DNA of 64,000 bases from a bacterium (GTDB taxonomy: Bacteria > DUMJ01). Location: assembly GCA_014360335.1 (NCBI GenBank), contig JACIXS010000055.1, positions 9,582 to 73,581 of the forward strand, given 5' to 3'. Shown piece by piece: positions 40,273-50,781 of the stretch (position 1 is its first letter; each line of letters begins with the position of its first letter). The notes under the pieces are model-generated. The model had not been told where the DNA came from and did not search any database. It saw only the letters and a list, made by a program, of their open reading frames with translations. The position numbers and the translations under genes are program-made.

Positions 40273-41206
40273 AGGTTTGTTTACATTCTGCGTTTCCCTA
40301 ATCATAGGCATAATCGGTTTTAAATTCTATTTCAAGTATTTTAAGTCGCTTCTTCCTAAACATGTGAGAGATTACGGACCTAAATCACATCTAGTTAAAG
40401 AGGGGACTCCAACTATGGGTGGTTTGGTCATAGCCCTAAGTGCTTTATTGACTTTATTACTCCTATATCCTACCAGAGAAGTAATAGCTCTCTTATCCCT
40501 AATGGGAGGTTATGCGATTATAGGTGGTATAGATGATTATGCAGGAATAAAACGAAAATCTTCACAGCCCTTAAAGGGTAGATATAAGTTTATAGCAGAG
40601 TGTGTTATTACCCTTTTTTGGCTCTGGATAGTTAGAAGGTATAATATTTTCAATTTAAAGGCGGATTTTCTTATATTCCGCCCAAACAACATCTTCTGGC
40701 TATATCTATTGGAGACAGTATTTATAGTAGGTATAGCAAACGGGGTAAACTTTACAGATGGGGTAGATGGTTTGGCTGGAACTATTATGGCTATCATACT
40801 ATTTTTTATTATCTTGATCTTTAGAGATTTCAATGTGACTGCCTTTTCATTGGCTCTCCTTGGAGGCCTTTTAGTATTTCTCTTCTATAATGCCTATCCA
40901 GCTAAGCTTATTATGGGAGATGTAGGTTCTTTATCCCTTGGAGCTAGTATAGCTGGAATAGGATTGGCGATTGGTAGAGAATGGTTTATTATTGTATTGG
41001 GTGTTATATTTCTCCTTGAGAATCTCTCTGTAATGCTCCAAGTTTCCTATTTTAGGCTTACTGGGAAGAGGATATTTAAGATGAGCCCTCTTCATCACCA
41101 TTTTGAGCTTTCAGGGTGGAGTGAGCCACAAGTTGTTACAAGATTCTCTCTATTAACCCTACTAGCTGGCATCATGGGGGTATTTATAAATGGATTTAAA
41201 GGGTAA
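40259..41206 (+). CDS. mraY: phospho-N-acetylmuramoyl-pentapeptide transferase
   Basis: 10-TM PNPT family with conserved Asp-rich loops. Confidence 0.95.
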   Translation: MITSKGLFTFCVSLIIGIIGFKFYFKYFKSLLPKHVRDYGPKSHLVKEGTPTMGGLVIALSALLTLLLLYPTREVIALLSLMGGYAIIGGIDDYAGIKRKSSQPLKGRYKFIAECVITLFWLWIVRRYNIFNLKADFLIFRPNNIFWLYLLETVFIVGIANGVNFTDGVDGLAGTIMAIILFFIILIFRDFNVTAFSLALLGGLLVFLFYNAYPAKLIMGDVGSLSLGASIAGIGLAIGREWFIIVLGVIFLLENLSVMLQVSYFRLTGKRIFKMSPLHHHFELSGWSEPQVVTRFSLLTLLAGIMGVFINGFKG

Positions 41207-42530
41207 GAGAATAACAGTAATAGGCTATGGGAAAACGGGTGAGGCTTGTGTTAGAGCCTTACTAAGATTGGGGGCAAGGGTAAAACTTTCAGAAAGAAAA
41301 AAGGATTTGAATGTCCCTAATGGGATAGAGGTAGAGCTAGGGAGACATACTGAGGAATTTATACTAGATTCGGATCTCATAATTGTAAGCCCAGGTGTAA
41401 AGTGGAACGAGCCAATCTTAGAAAGGGCTAGAAGTAATGGTATAGAGGTTATAAGTGAGGTAGAGTTGGCTTATCGCCTTACCAATACCCCTATTATAGC
41501 TATTACTGGGACGAATGGTAAGACAACTACTACATCGCTAACTGCCCATATCTTATCTACCAAGAAGGATATAAAATTAGTGGGGAATATAGGGATTCCA
41601 TTTATAGGAGAGGTCCTTGACTCTAAACCAGAGTATTTTGTCTTAGAGGTAAGTAGTTTCCAACTTCAAGGGACTACTTTCTTTAGACCAAAGATAGGGG
41701 TATTGCTTAATATTGCAAGTGACCATCTAAACTGGCATAATAGTATGGAAGAATATATAGAGGCTAAAAAGAAGTTATTTACTAATCAGGAAAAGGAGGA
41801 TATATTAATTTACAATAGAGATGATAGTAACGTAGTGGAAGCTGTAAAGGATGCCAGAAGTAGAGGGATATCCTTTTCTCTTGAGGATAAAGATAAGAGT
41901 GAGATATATATAAAGGATAACAGTATAAGGTTTAATATGCCAGAATTCTCTAACCTTTCTATCCCGTTAGATAATATAAAGCTTATAGGTAGACATAATC
42001 TGGCTAATATAATGTGTGCTAGCATAGTAGGATTGTTATGTGGTATTCCTTTAGACGATTTGGTAAAAGCAATAGAGACCTTTACTCCTTATCCTCATAC
42101 CTTAGAGAGGTTTCTTGACTATGCTGGTCTTACTTTTATAGATGATTCTAAGGCCACTAATCCCCATGCTACTATAAGTGCCTTAAGGAGTATTACTAGA
42201 GATAAGGTCCTTATCCTAGGAGGCCAGGATAAAGGTATGGATTTTACAGATTTGCTTAGCGAATTAAAACGGACAAATGTGAGACATATATGTCTTATAG
42301 GTGAGACTAGGGAGAAACTTAGAGAGCTCTTTGTCAAAAATGATATTAAGAATTTTTCTGTTCACAACTCTTTGGAAGAGGCTGTTTTAACTGCTATAGA
42401 TAATGCAAAGAAGGGAGACTTTATTCTTTTTAGTCCTGCCTGTGCTAGCTTTGATATGTTTAGAAATTATGCAGAGAGAGGGGAGAGATTCAAAGAGATT
42501 GTCTATAGATGGAAAAGTAGTAAGGTTTAG
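41190..42530 (+). CDS. murD: UDP-N-acetylmuramoylalanine--D-glutamate ligase
   Basis: Mur ligase with a GTNGKTTTTS P-loop, in the dcw position. Confidence 0.9.
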   Translation: MDLKGKRITVIGYGKTGEACVRALLRLGARVKLSERKKDLNVPNGIEVELGRHTEEFILDSDLIIVSPGVKWNEPILERARSNGIEVISEVELAYRLTNTPIIAITGTNGKTTTTSLTAHILSTKKDIKLVGNIGIPFIGEVLDSKPEYFVLEVSSFQLQGTTFFRPKIGVLLNIASDHLNWHNSMEEYIEAKKKLFTNQEKEDILIYNRDDSNVVEAVKDARSRGISFSLEDKDKSEIYIKDNSIRFNMPEFSNLSIPLDNIKLIGRHNLANIMCASIVGLLCGIPLDDLVKAIETFTPYPHTLERFLDYAGLTFIDDSKATNPHATISALRSITRDKVLILGGQDKGMDFTDLLSELKRTNVRHICLIGETREKLRELFVKNDIKNFSVHNSLEEAVLTAIDNAKKGDFILFSPACASFDMFRNYAERGERFKEIVYRWKSSKV

Positions 42531-43611
42531 TGCAGACATAGATTGGGTCCTTCTACTTAGCTCTGGACTTCTACTTATATTAGGTATAATTGCCCTCTAC
42601 TCCATAGAGAGGATTCAGATAGCTACTATGGGATACTCGGACGTTTCTTTTAAGTCCCAGCTAGTCTATTCTATACTGGGAATTATAGCTGGCATAATAG
42701 CCTACAGGATGCGATTGAGGTTTCTCCGCATATATGCCCCATATTTTCTCTACCTTGCCTTCTTACTACTTATAGTAACATTCTTCTGGGGCTCTTCCTC
42801 TAGGGGTGGAGTTAGATGGCTACGTATAGGAGGGATCTCTATTCAGACCAGTGATATCGCTAGATTAGCCCTTATACTTTATATAAGCAACCTCTTTACA
42901 AAGGAATATATTGGTTGGAACCTTTCTACGTTTAAAGCCCTTATTATTATATGCGTCACTACCTGTATGGTCTTATTGCAACCTGACTATGGTAGTGCAA
43001 TGATAACATTCTTGACCTCTCTACTGATAATGTTTTCTGCTGGAATGCCTTTACCTATGTTTTTATCAGTATTTATTAGCTCTGCATTTTTAGGTTATAA
43101 GCTTATATTTACTGCTCCTTACAGAGAAAGGAGATTTTTAGCCTTTTTAGACCCTTGGAAAGACCAATATGGAGACGGTTATCAGTATATACAAGCCTTA
43201 CGGGCTTTTGCCAGAGGAGGACTTGTAGGGGTAGGCTTGGGTATGGGACAACAGAAACTAAATATATTACCGGAGATTCATACAGACCTTATTCTCGCCC
43301 ATATAGGAGAGGAATTAGGTTTTGTTACTACTATTTTTGTAGTATTTTTATATTCCCTTATGTGTATAAGAATGTTTAGGATAGCGTTATACTGTCCCTT
43401 TAGATTTTCTAAACTAGTAGTATTGGGATTTGCCCTCAGTCTGACTATTCAGGCAATAATTAATATAGGTGGAGTGGTTAAGTTACTCCCACTAACTGGA
43501 GTTCCTCTCCCACTGCTTAGTTCTGGCGGTACTTCTAGGATTGTGTCTCTTTTTATGGTAGGTTATGCTTTAGGGGTATCTAGGTATAAGTCAGAGGTAG
43601 AAGGCGTATGA
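42469..43611 (+). CDS. ftsW: SEDS peptidoglycan glycosyltransferase FtsW (start uncertain: ATG 42469 or TTG 42499; the ORF track gives 42403)
   Basis: Multi-TM SEDS family member positioned between murD and murG. Confidence 0.85.
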   Translation: MQREGRDSKRLSIDGKVVRFSADIDWVLLLSSGLLLILGIIALYSIERIQIATMGYSDVSFKSQLVYSILGIIAGIIAYRMRLRFLRIYAPYFLYLAFLLLIVTFFWGSSSRGGVRWLRIGGISIQTSDIARLALILYISNLFTKEYIGWNLSTFKALIIICVTTCMVLLQPDYGSAMITFLTSLLIMFSAGMPLPMFLSVFISSAFLGYKLIFTAPYRERRFLAFLDPWKDQYGDGYQYIQALRAFARGGLVGVGLGMGQQKLNILPEIHTDLILAHIGEELGFVTTIFVVFLYSLMCIRMFRIALYCPFRFSKLVVLGFALSLTIQAIINIGGVVKLLPLTGVPLPLLSSGGTSRIVSLFMVGYALGVSRYKSEVEGV

Positions 43612-44678
43612 AGAACATACTTATTACAGCAGGAGGAAGCGGAGGTCACTTATACCCTGCTTTAGCGGTAGCTGAAGTTTTTAAGGAGAAGGGTTTTCAG
43701 GTTTATCTTTTAACTAGTAGAAAGAAGCCAGCTAACATTAGGTTTAACAGTGTAAGGCTTATTGAAGGTTACTCTATAGGATGGGATAGGAGCTTTAAAG
43801 GGATATTTAAGACATTTTGGGGTCTTCTCAAAGATTTTATCCTCTCCATTAAACTCTTATTAAGTTTGAAACCCTCATTTGTGTTAGGTATGGGGGGTTA
43901 TACATCTATATCACCTATCCTTGGAGCTTTCATATTTGGTATACCTAGGGCAATCCATGAGCAGAATATACTTCCTGGTTTAGCCAATAGACTGTTAGCT
44001 CCATTTGTAAATAGGATATACACTTCTTTTCCAGATACCAACTTTAGATTTTACCAGAGAAAGGTTGTATATACCGGACTTCCCTTGAGAAGAGAGTTCT
44101 ATAATATAAGTCCTTTCAAACATGATAAATTTACGGTTTTGGTTATGGGGGGAAGTCAGGGGGCAAAGGTAATAAACGATACTATTTTAGAGATAGTAGA
44201 GAAGAGGTTATTAGAGGATGTAAGGTTTATACATCTTACTGGAGTTAGAGAGTATGAGAGATTAAAGGATAGAATAGAAAGAGTTAATTTCCCAGATTAT
44301 GAGATTTATAGTTACAAAGAGGATATATGGACTCTCTATGAAAGAGTAGACTTAGTTATATCTAGAGCAGGCGCAAGTACTGTTATTGAATTAGCAACTT
44401 TAGGACTTCCGGCTATTCTAATCCCATATAAGGGGGCTGAGGGGCATCAGTATCTGAATGCCCAATGGTTAGCAAAGAGGGGAAAGTATCTTATAGTTGA
44501 TCAGGACCAGCTTTTACCAGGGTATCTGGTGGAGAAGATTTTAGAATTTAAGAACCTGAGGAACACTGAAGGTGTTTCGAGTTATAGAGAGAGTTTAAAT
44601 TTACCAAACGCTAGTTACAGAGTAGTAGAAGAATCTTTAAAGATGATAGGAGGCTATTATGGTGGAGATAAGTATTGA
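43608..44678 (+). CDS. murG: undecaprenyldiphospho-muramoylpentapeptide beta-N-acetylglucosaminyltransferase
   Basis: GT28 fold with a GGSGGH motif. Confidence 0.9.
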   Translation: MKNILITAGGSGGHLYPALAVAEVFKEKGFQVYLLTSRKKPANIRFNSVRLIEGYSIGWDRSFKGIFKTFWGLLKDFILSIKLLLSLKPSFVLGMGGYTSISPILGAFIFGIPRAIHEQNILPGLANRLLAPFVNRIYTSFPDTNFRFYQRKVVYTGLPLRREFYNISPFKHDKFTVLVMGGSQGAKVINDTILEIVEKRLLEDVRFIHLTGVREYERLKDRIERVNFPDYEIYSYKEDIWTLYERVDLVISRAGASTVIELATLGLPAILIPYKGAEGHQYLNAQWLAKRGKYLIVDQDQLLPGYLVEKILEFKNLRNTEGVSSYRESLNLPNASYRVVEESLKMIGGYYGGDKY

Positions 44679-46062
44679 AGATAGATTATATTTTATTGGT
44701 ATTGGTGGTTATGGGATGAGCGGTATAGCCCAGATATTGCATCAACTTGGATATAAGGTAAAGGGCTCAGATATAAAGAATAGTGAAACTATAAGGAGAT
44801 TATCCAGTCTAGGAATCCCTATCTATATTGGTCATAGACCAGAGAATATAGGTGACTCAACAGTAGTGGTTGTCTCTAGTGCTGTGCATGATGATAATCC
44901 AGAGCTTATAGAGGCAAGAAGAAGAAACTTAACAGTGCTTAAGAGAGGAGAAATGCTGGCATATCTTATGAGTAAGAAGAGGGGTATTGGTATAGCAGGT
45001 GCTCATGGTAAGACAACTCTGACATCTATGATTGGAGTAATTCTAGATGTGGGTGGATTTGCTCCAACGGTGATTGTTGGGGGAGAGGCAACTGATATAG
45101 GTGGTACAGCTAGACTTGGTAAGGGTGAATTATTGGTGGCAGAGACAGATGAAAGTGATGGCTCTTTTTTATACCTTTACCCAAGTATAGAAGTAATTAC
45201 TAATGTAGACAATGACCATCTAGACTATTATAAGGACATAGAGAATATCAGGAAGGCTTTTGTTCAGTTCATGGATCAGGCCAAAGAATTAGTGTTTGTT
45301 TGTGGTGACGATCAATTTCTGAAAGATATTCCTCTAAAGAAAGAAAAGATTACTTATGGATTAAATGATTATAATACCTATTCTGCTTGTAATATTAGAC
45401 TAAAAGAAAATGGGAGTATCTTTGAGGTAACTAAGGAGGGTAAAAGTATAGGTACTATAGAGCTTTCCATTCCTGGTTTACATAACGTCAAGAATGCCTT
45501 AGGGGCGATAGCTGTTTCGGATTGGCTTGGGGCTTCTTGGGATTCTATATACAGAGGCTTAAAATTATTCCGAGGTGTAAATAGGAGGCTTCAGGTTTGT
45601 GATATTATTGGAAATTCTGAAATTGTCGAAGATTATGCCCACCATCCGACAGAGATTAAGGCTTCCCTAGAGGCTATTAGGTTACTAGCTAAGGGGAGAA
45701 AGGTTATTCTAGTATTCCAACCGCATAGATACACTAGGACTTACTATCTTTATAGAGAGATAGCCAATTCTGTTTCTATTGCGGATTATATATTCCTTTT
45801 AGATATCTATCCAGCTTCCGAACAGCCAATAGAGGGTGTAGATAGTGGACTAATTCTTAATAGTTTATTGCCACTAAATAAGAATAGTAAATGGATAAGA
45901 GATAGGGAAGAACTGGAAAGTGAGTTGGAGATATTGGGAATAGGAGATAGTGTTATAGTTTTTATGGGAGCGGGGGATATAGATTGTATAAGAAAACAAG
46001 TGGTCTCAAAATTAAAGGAGAAGTCAGAAAAGATGAGCCAATCTCACCTTATCTTACGATAA
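44659..46062 (+). CDS. murC: UDP-N-acetylmuramate--L-alanine ligase
   Basis: Mur ligase with N-terminal GIGGYGMSGIA and a GAHGKTT P-loop. Confidence 0.9.
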   Translation: MVEISIEDRLYFIGIGGYGMSGIAQILHQLGYKVKGSDIKNSETIRRLSSLGIPIYIGHRPENIGDSTVVVVSSAVHDDNPELIEARRRNLTVLKRGEMLAYLMSKKRGIGIAGAHGKTTLTSMIGVILDVGGFAPTVIVGGEATDIGGTARLGKGELLVAETDESDGSFLYLYPSIEVITNVDNDHLDYYKDIENIRKAFVQFMDQAKELVFVCGDDQFLKDIPLKKEKITYGLNDYNTYSACNIRLKENGSIFEVTKEGKSIGTIELSIPGLHNVKNALGAIAVSDWLGASWDSIYRGLKLFRGVNRRLQVCDIIGNSEIVEDYAHHPTEIKASLEAIRLLAKGRKVILVFQPHRYTRTYYLYREIANSVSIADYIFLLDIYPASEQPIEGVDSGLILNSLLPLNKNSKWIRDREELESELEILGIGDSVIVFMGAGDIDCIRKQVVSKLKEKSEKMSQSHLILR

Positions 46063-46865
46063 GGGTGGGAGGAAAAGTCGATTGGTTTGTTATTCCTGAG
46101 TGTGTTGAGGATATTTTAGAGATTATCTCCTTTATAAATAACGAGGGCTACGATTGGTTTGTGCTTGGAAATGGGTCTAAGATTTTAATACCTGATAGAG
46201 GATTTAGTGGGGTTGTTATATATACAAGTAGATTGAAGAATATTTCTTTAGATGAGAATGTCTTAATAGCAGAGAGTGGAGTTCCTATAGGGGAGCTGAT
46301 TAATCTTTCGATTAGGCATAGTCTTTCAGGACTAGAGCCTCTGGTTGGTATCCCTGGTAGTATTGGTGGAGCTGTAGTGATGAATGCAGGAACTAGATAT
46401 GGTTCTATAGGGGACGTGGTGGGGACGGTAGAATTTATAAACAACGAAGGGACTCTTATAGTCAAGAATGGTCCGTATTTTGGATATAGAGATAGCGAGT
46501 TTAAAAATAAGAAGGTTATATTAACTAGGGTATCGCTAAGGCTTAAAAGAGCTTATTTAGATGAGATAAAGAGTAAGCTTATTTTGACAGCCTCATTAAG
46601 AAAAACACAGCCGAAGTATCCAAAGCAATTTGGTTCTGTTTTTAAGAATCCACCTGGCGTAAATGCTGGGAGGCTCATAGAGGAGGCAGGATTTAAAGGT
46701 TTTACCTATAGAAATGTCCAGGTCTCTCCAATTCACGCAAATTTTATCCTTAACTATGGTGATAGTGCGGATGATATATACTATGTTATTAATACGATAC
46801 AGGAGAAGGTCTATAGGCTCTTTAATATAAAACTAGAATCGGAGGTAAATATAATTGGGTTCTAG
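45984..46865 (+). CDS. murB: UDP-N-acetylenolpyruvoylglucosamine reductase (TTG start, 79-nt overlap with murC)
   Basis: FAD-binding MurB N-terminus (EPISPYLTIRVGGKVDWFVIP). The only in-frame canonical start preceding the conserved N-terminus is TTG 45984, with a GGGGGA SD 6 nt upstream. Confidence 0.85.
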   Translation: MYKKTSGLKIKGEVRKDEPISPYLTIRVGGKVDWFVIPECVEDILEIISFINNEGYDWFVLGNGSKILIPDRGFSGVVIYTSRLKNISLDENVLIAESGVPIGELINLSIRHSLSGLEPLVGIPGSIGGAVVMNAGTRYGSIGDVVGTVEFINNEGTLIVKNGPYFGYRDSEFKNKKVILTRVSLRLKRAYLDEIKSKLILTASLRKTQPKYPKQFGSVFKNPPGVNAGRLIEEAGFKGFTYRNVQVSPIHANFILNYGDSADDIYYVINTIQEKVYRLFNIKLESEVNIIGF

Positions 46866-47298
46866 GTATGAGATATTTATATGGCTTTTGACTTTCACTA
46901 TAGTTACTACTGGAGTATGGAGCTTCAATAATCCAGATATGAAATTAGATATAAAGCCCTATAACCAAAAAGAAAAGTATGGGCTAGCTTTAGATGAACT
47001 TTTAATTTGTCCTGTATCTAAGAGAAGTGCAGTTATGGCTATCTTAGAAAAAGAATTACCTAAGACAAAGCTTTTACTATTAAAGAGGATAGAGATAAAG
47101 AATAATGATGTTTATGTTATACTTTATAATGATGTGCTTTGTAGATTAGGAAGCTTGGATGATTTAAGTAGAAAATTGGATTTGATATTAAAGATATTGA
47201 ATACTGCAGAAGAGCAGGGTGTAAAGCTTAAGGAAATTGATGTAAGAAGTCTAAGGTTTCCCACTATACTAGAGGGAGAATCAGAGGATAATGAGTAG
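46855..47298 (+). CDS. short FtsQ/DivIB-like protein (TM helix + POTRA-like segment only, 147 aa)
   Basis: It occupies the ftsQ/divIB slot between murB and the DUF881 gene, has a TTG start and an N-terminal TM helix, but is far shorter than canonical FtsQ. Confidence 0.45.
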   Translation: MGSRYEIFIWLLTFTIVTTGVWSFNNPDMKLDIKPYNQKEKYGLALDELLICPVSKRSAVMAILEKELPKTKLLLLKRIEIKNNDVYVILYNDVLCRLGSLDDLSRKLDLILKILNTAEEQGVKLKEIDVRSLRFPTILEGESEDNE

Positions 47299-48013
47299 TA
47301 GGGCTGTTTGGGCTTTGTCTATAGTGTGTTTTATAGTAGGACTTTTGTCTGTCACTCAGATAAAATTCTATGAGTCTCCCAAGTATACGCTATTTAGTAT
47401 GAGGAATGAGCAACTTATTAATCTGGTAGAAAGGCTTGAATCTCAGAGGAATGACCTTATTCAAGAAGTAACTACTTTAAGAGAGCAGATTAGACAGTAT
47501 GAAGAATCTTCCGCTAGAGAAAAGACCGTCTTAGAAGGAATGCTAAAGGAACTTAACAGGGTAAAGTTATGGGCAGGCTTACTACCGGTTAAAGGACCTG
47601 GGGTTATTATAACCTTGGATGATAGTAAAAAGAAGATAAAAGCAGGCGAGAATCCGGAGAATTATATAATCCACGACTATGACCTGAGAGAGGTTGTAAA
47701 CGAACTATGGACGTCTGGTGCAGAGGCTATAGCTATAAATGAACAGAGAATAGTAGTAACTAGTGAGATTAGGTGTGTAGGGACTACTATACTGGTAAAT
47801 GGTGTAAGATTATCTCCTCCCTATAAGATAAAGGCTATAGGAGATGCTGATTCTCTGATGAATGCTATCAATATGCCTGGAGGAATTATCTCGGCGTTAA
47901 GTTATATATCTAAAGAATACGGCATTATACTAAAGGTAGAAAAGAGTGATTTGATAGAGCTTCCACCTTACGAGGGAAGTATTTCACTGAGATATACTAA
48001 GGAGAAAGAGTAA
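47291..48013 (+). CDS. DUF881-family division-associated membrane protein (YlxW/YlxX-like)
   Basis: N-terminal TM helix, a coiled coil, and the conserved GPGVIITLDD ... NELWTSGAEAIAINEQRI block. Confidence 0.75.
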   Translation: MSSRAVWALSIVCFIVGLLSVTQIKFYESPKYTLFSMRNEQLINLVERLESQRNDLIQEVTTLREQIRQYEESSAREKTVLEGMLKELNRVKLWAGLLPVKGPGVIITLDDSKKKIKAGENPENYIIHDYDLREVVNELWTSGAEAIAINEQRIVVTSEIRCVGTTILVNGVRLSPPYKIKAIGDADSLMNAINMPGGIISALSYISKEYGIILKVEKSDLIELPPYEGSISLRYTKEKE

Positions 48014-48381
48014 TGAGGATATTAATACCATTTATTGCTCTATTTTTAGGTATCATAATTGGGATCTTTCTTCCTGTGCAGGTTACACCTTTTTATGCTA
48101 GATATATCGCAATAGTAATACTGGTAGCTTTGGATACCATATTTGGCGGTATAAGAACTATACTTGAATTTAAGTTTGATGCTACTATATTTCTATCTGG
48201 TTTCTTTGTAAATTCTCTTTTGGGTGTAATCTTGATTGCTATAGGAGATAGGCTTGGTGTCGACTTGTATCTTGCTGCTATAGTGGCTTTTGGTGTGAGA
48301 ATCTTCCAAAATCTGGCAGTTATAAGAAGATATGTCTTAAGAAAATTGTCCTTAAAGATAAAAGAGGGTAAGGATGAGTAG
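48013..48381 (+). CDS. sbp: small basic protein Sbp (DUF1290)
   Basis: 122-aa membrane protein with the DTIFGGIRT...GFFVNSL...GDRLG pattern, sitting immediately before ftsA as in the Bacillus dcw cluster. Confidence 0.7.
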   Translation: MRILIPFIALFLGIIIGIFLPVQVTPFYARYIAIVILVALDTIFGGIRTILEFKFDATIFLSGFFVNSLLGVILIAIGDRLGVDLYLAAIVAFGVRIFQNLAVIRRYVLRKLSLKIKEGKDE

Positions 48382-49606
48382 GGAGAGGTTTATTTCTGTT
48401 TTAGACATAGGGACTACAAAGAGTTGTGTATTGGTTGCTCAAGCTGATGCTATTAGGTATCAGATTGTAGGATATGGAATAGTTCCATCTTTTGGGATGA
48501 AAAAGGGCACAGTAACTGACATAAGCAGATTGTCAGAATCTATAACTAATGCGGTAAAGAATGCTGAAAAGATGTGTAAGACTAAATTGAAAGAGGTAAG
48601 CATAAGTGTAACTGGTAACCATATATTCACTATTGTAAATAGAGGGGAAACTGAAGTTTCTAATAGGGATGGGATAATAACCGAAACAGATGTTAATACA
48701 GCCATAGAAAAGGCAACTAACTGCAAATTGCCTGCAGATAAGATGATTCTTCACTCTATTCCTAGGACATTTACTGTTGACGGAATAAGAGAAGTAGAAA
48801 ATCCAATTGGGATGAGGGGTAAAAAGCTAAGTGTCGACGTTACCTTGATTGTCGGAAATATCTCCCATGTCCAGAATCTAATAACCGCTACCGAAAATGC
48901 TGGTTTAAAGGTCAAGGATATAATCTTACAGCCATTCGCGTCCGGTAAGGCTGTTCTTACTGCTGATGAGATGAAAGAAGGTGTGTGCCTTATAGATATA
49001 GGTGGAGGGACTACTGATGTTGCTATATTTAAGAACGGGTCTCTATACTTTAGTTTTGTAGTTCCAGTTGGAGGGAATCATATAACGAATGACCTTTCAA
49101 TACTTCTCAAGATACCCTTTGATACTGCAGAGTTTATCAAGGTTGAATATGGAGGTTGTGACCTTCTAAAGGTAAATAGAGGAGAAATGGTTAAGGTAAA
49201 GTTTAGAGGAACAGAGAGAGAATTTTCTAAGGAGACCATCTTTGAAATCATAGAGGCTAGGGTAGAGGATATATTTAACATAGTAAACGCAAATCTTCAT
49301 AACCTAAACTTTACTCATCTTGTCCCTAGTGGAATAGTTATTACTGGAGGTTCATCGCTTCTTAGAGATATTAATATGGTAGCTGAAAGGGTTTTCGATA
49401 GTCCAGTAAGGATAGGTTATCCTAAGGCGGTAGAGGATATTTGGGAGACTCTTAGAAATCCTATATATGGAACCGCTTTAGGTATGTTGGATTTGGAGTT
49501 TCTTAATAGAAAACAAGAGGGTAGTTTAATTAAGAGAAATCTTTTTGGTTATATTTTACATAAAGTTAAGGAATGGTTTCTAGGTTTTACTGAAGGAGGA
49601 GAATAA
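48374..49606 (+). CDS. ftsA: cell division protein FtsA
   Basis: Actin-fold ATPase of 410 aa, adjacent to ftsZ. Confidence 0.95.
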   Translation: MSRERFISVLDIGTTKSCVLVAQADAIRYQIVGYGIVPSFGMKKGTVTDISRLSESITNAVKNAEKMCKTKLKEVSISVTGNHIFTIVNRGETEVSNRDGIITETDVNTAIEKATNCKLPADKMILHSIPRTFTVDGIREVENPIGMRGKKLSVDVTLIVGNISHVQNLITATENAGLKVKDIILQPFASGKAVLTADEMKEGVCLIDIGGGTTDVAIFKNGSLYFSFVVPVGGNHITNDLSILLKIPFDTAEFIKVEYGGCDLLKVNRGEMVKVKFRGTEREFSKETIFEIIEARVEDIFNIVNANLHNLNFTHLVPSGIVITGGSSLLRDINMVAERVFDSPVRIGYPKAVEDIWETLRNPIYGTALGMLDLEFLNRKQEGSLIKRNLFGYILHKVKEWFLGFTEGGE

Positions 49607-50641
49607 ATGAGTGATATGAATAGTCCTGCAAAGATAAAGGTTATAGGTGTTGGTGGAGGGGGGGTAAATGCGGTAGATAGGATAATAGAGTCTGACCTGA
49701 AGGGGGTAGAGTTTATAGCGGTAAATACAGATCTACAAGCCTTAAGCCGTTCTAAGGCGGAAAGGAAGATTCAAATAGGGGCGGAGCTTACGAAGGGCTT
49801 GGGGGCCGGAGCCAATCCTGAGATTGGACGACAGGCTGCAGAGGAGAGTAAAGAGGATATAATGTTAGCTATAGAAGGGGCTGATATGGTATTTATTACT
49901 GCAGGTATGGGTGGAGGAACTGGAAGCGGAGCTACTCCAATCATCGCCCAACTTTCTAAGGAGGCTAAGATACTCACTGTAGCTATAGTTACTAAGCCCT
50001 TCTCTTTTGAGGGAAAGCGGAGGATGCTGGTTGCAGAAAAGGCTATAGAGGAGGTGAAAGATAAGGTAGATGCGCTTATCGTTATTCCCAATGATAAACT
50101 CCTTTCTGTAAGCACCAAGACTACCACTATGATAGAGGCTTTTAAGATGGCAGACGAGGTGCTTAAGGCAGGTGTTCAGGGTATAGTTGATATTATTGTA
50201 ACGCCTGGTATTATAAATCCTGACTTTGCCGATGTAAGGACTATTATGCAAGACTCTGGCTCTGCCATAATGGGGATAGGAGAAGCCTCTGGAGAGCAGA
50301 GGGCAGTGGAAGCTGCATCTAAAGCTATATCGAATCCCCTCCTTGAGGATAAGATTGATGGGGCGAAGGGGATACTCTTTAATGTTACTGGTGGTCCAGA
50401 CCTTACACTTACTGAGGTCTATGAAGCAGCAGAGGTGATCTCTAAAGGAGCAGATAGCGATGCCAATATTATATTTGGAGCGGTTATAGATGAAAAGATG
50501 GAAGGGAAGATAAAAGTGACAGTAATAGCTACAGGGTTTGATACCAAGGTTAGAAGAACACTTAAAAAAGAAGGTATTGAGTTACCAAAAGTCTCTTTAG
50601 ACTCTTTAGATATACCACCATTCTTAAGGAAGGGAGTATAA
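49607..50641 (+). CDS. ftsZ: cell division GTPase FtsZ
   Basis: Tubulin signature GGGTGSG ([13 protein letters not shown]). Confidence 0.97.
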   Translation: MSDMNSPAKIKVIGVGGGGVNAVDRIIESDLKGVEFIAVNTDLQALSRSKAERKIQIGAELTKGLGAGANPEIGRQAAEESKEDIMLAIEGADMVFITAGMGGGTGSGATPIIAQLSKEAKILTVAIVTKPFSFEGKRRMLVAEKAIEEVKDKVDALIVIPNDKLLSVSTKTTTMIEAFKMADEVLKAGVQGIVDIIVTPGIINPDFADVRTIMQDSGSAIMGIGEASGEQRAVEAASKAISNPLLEDKIDGAKGILFNVTGGPDLTLTEVYEAAEVISKGADSDANIIFGAVIDEKMEGKIKVTVIATGFDTKVRRTLKKEGIELPKVSLDSLDIPPFLRKGV

Positions 50642-50781
50642 AGGGGTAGATAGCTACTACGTCTATCAGCTGGAGATATAGAAAGTATATAGAGGATATA
50701 AGGGAAAGAGAGGTAGGGCTAAAGCCTAAGGTAAAGGATTATTCTTTTGGTCTAGTATATCCTAATTCTTATAAGGTAGGG

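Noticed and set aside
42403-42530. 128-nt overlap between murD and the ftsW ORF as given by the ORF track
   Set aside because: This is most likely an artefact of taking the longest ORF. Internal in-frame starts (ATG 42469, TTG 42499) give a normal short overlap while retaining the conserved FtsW N-terminus.
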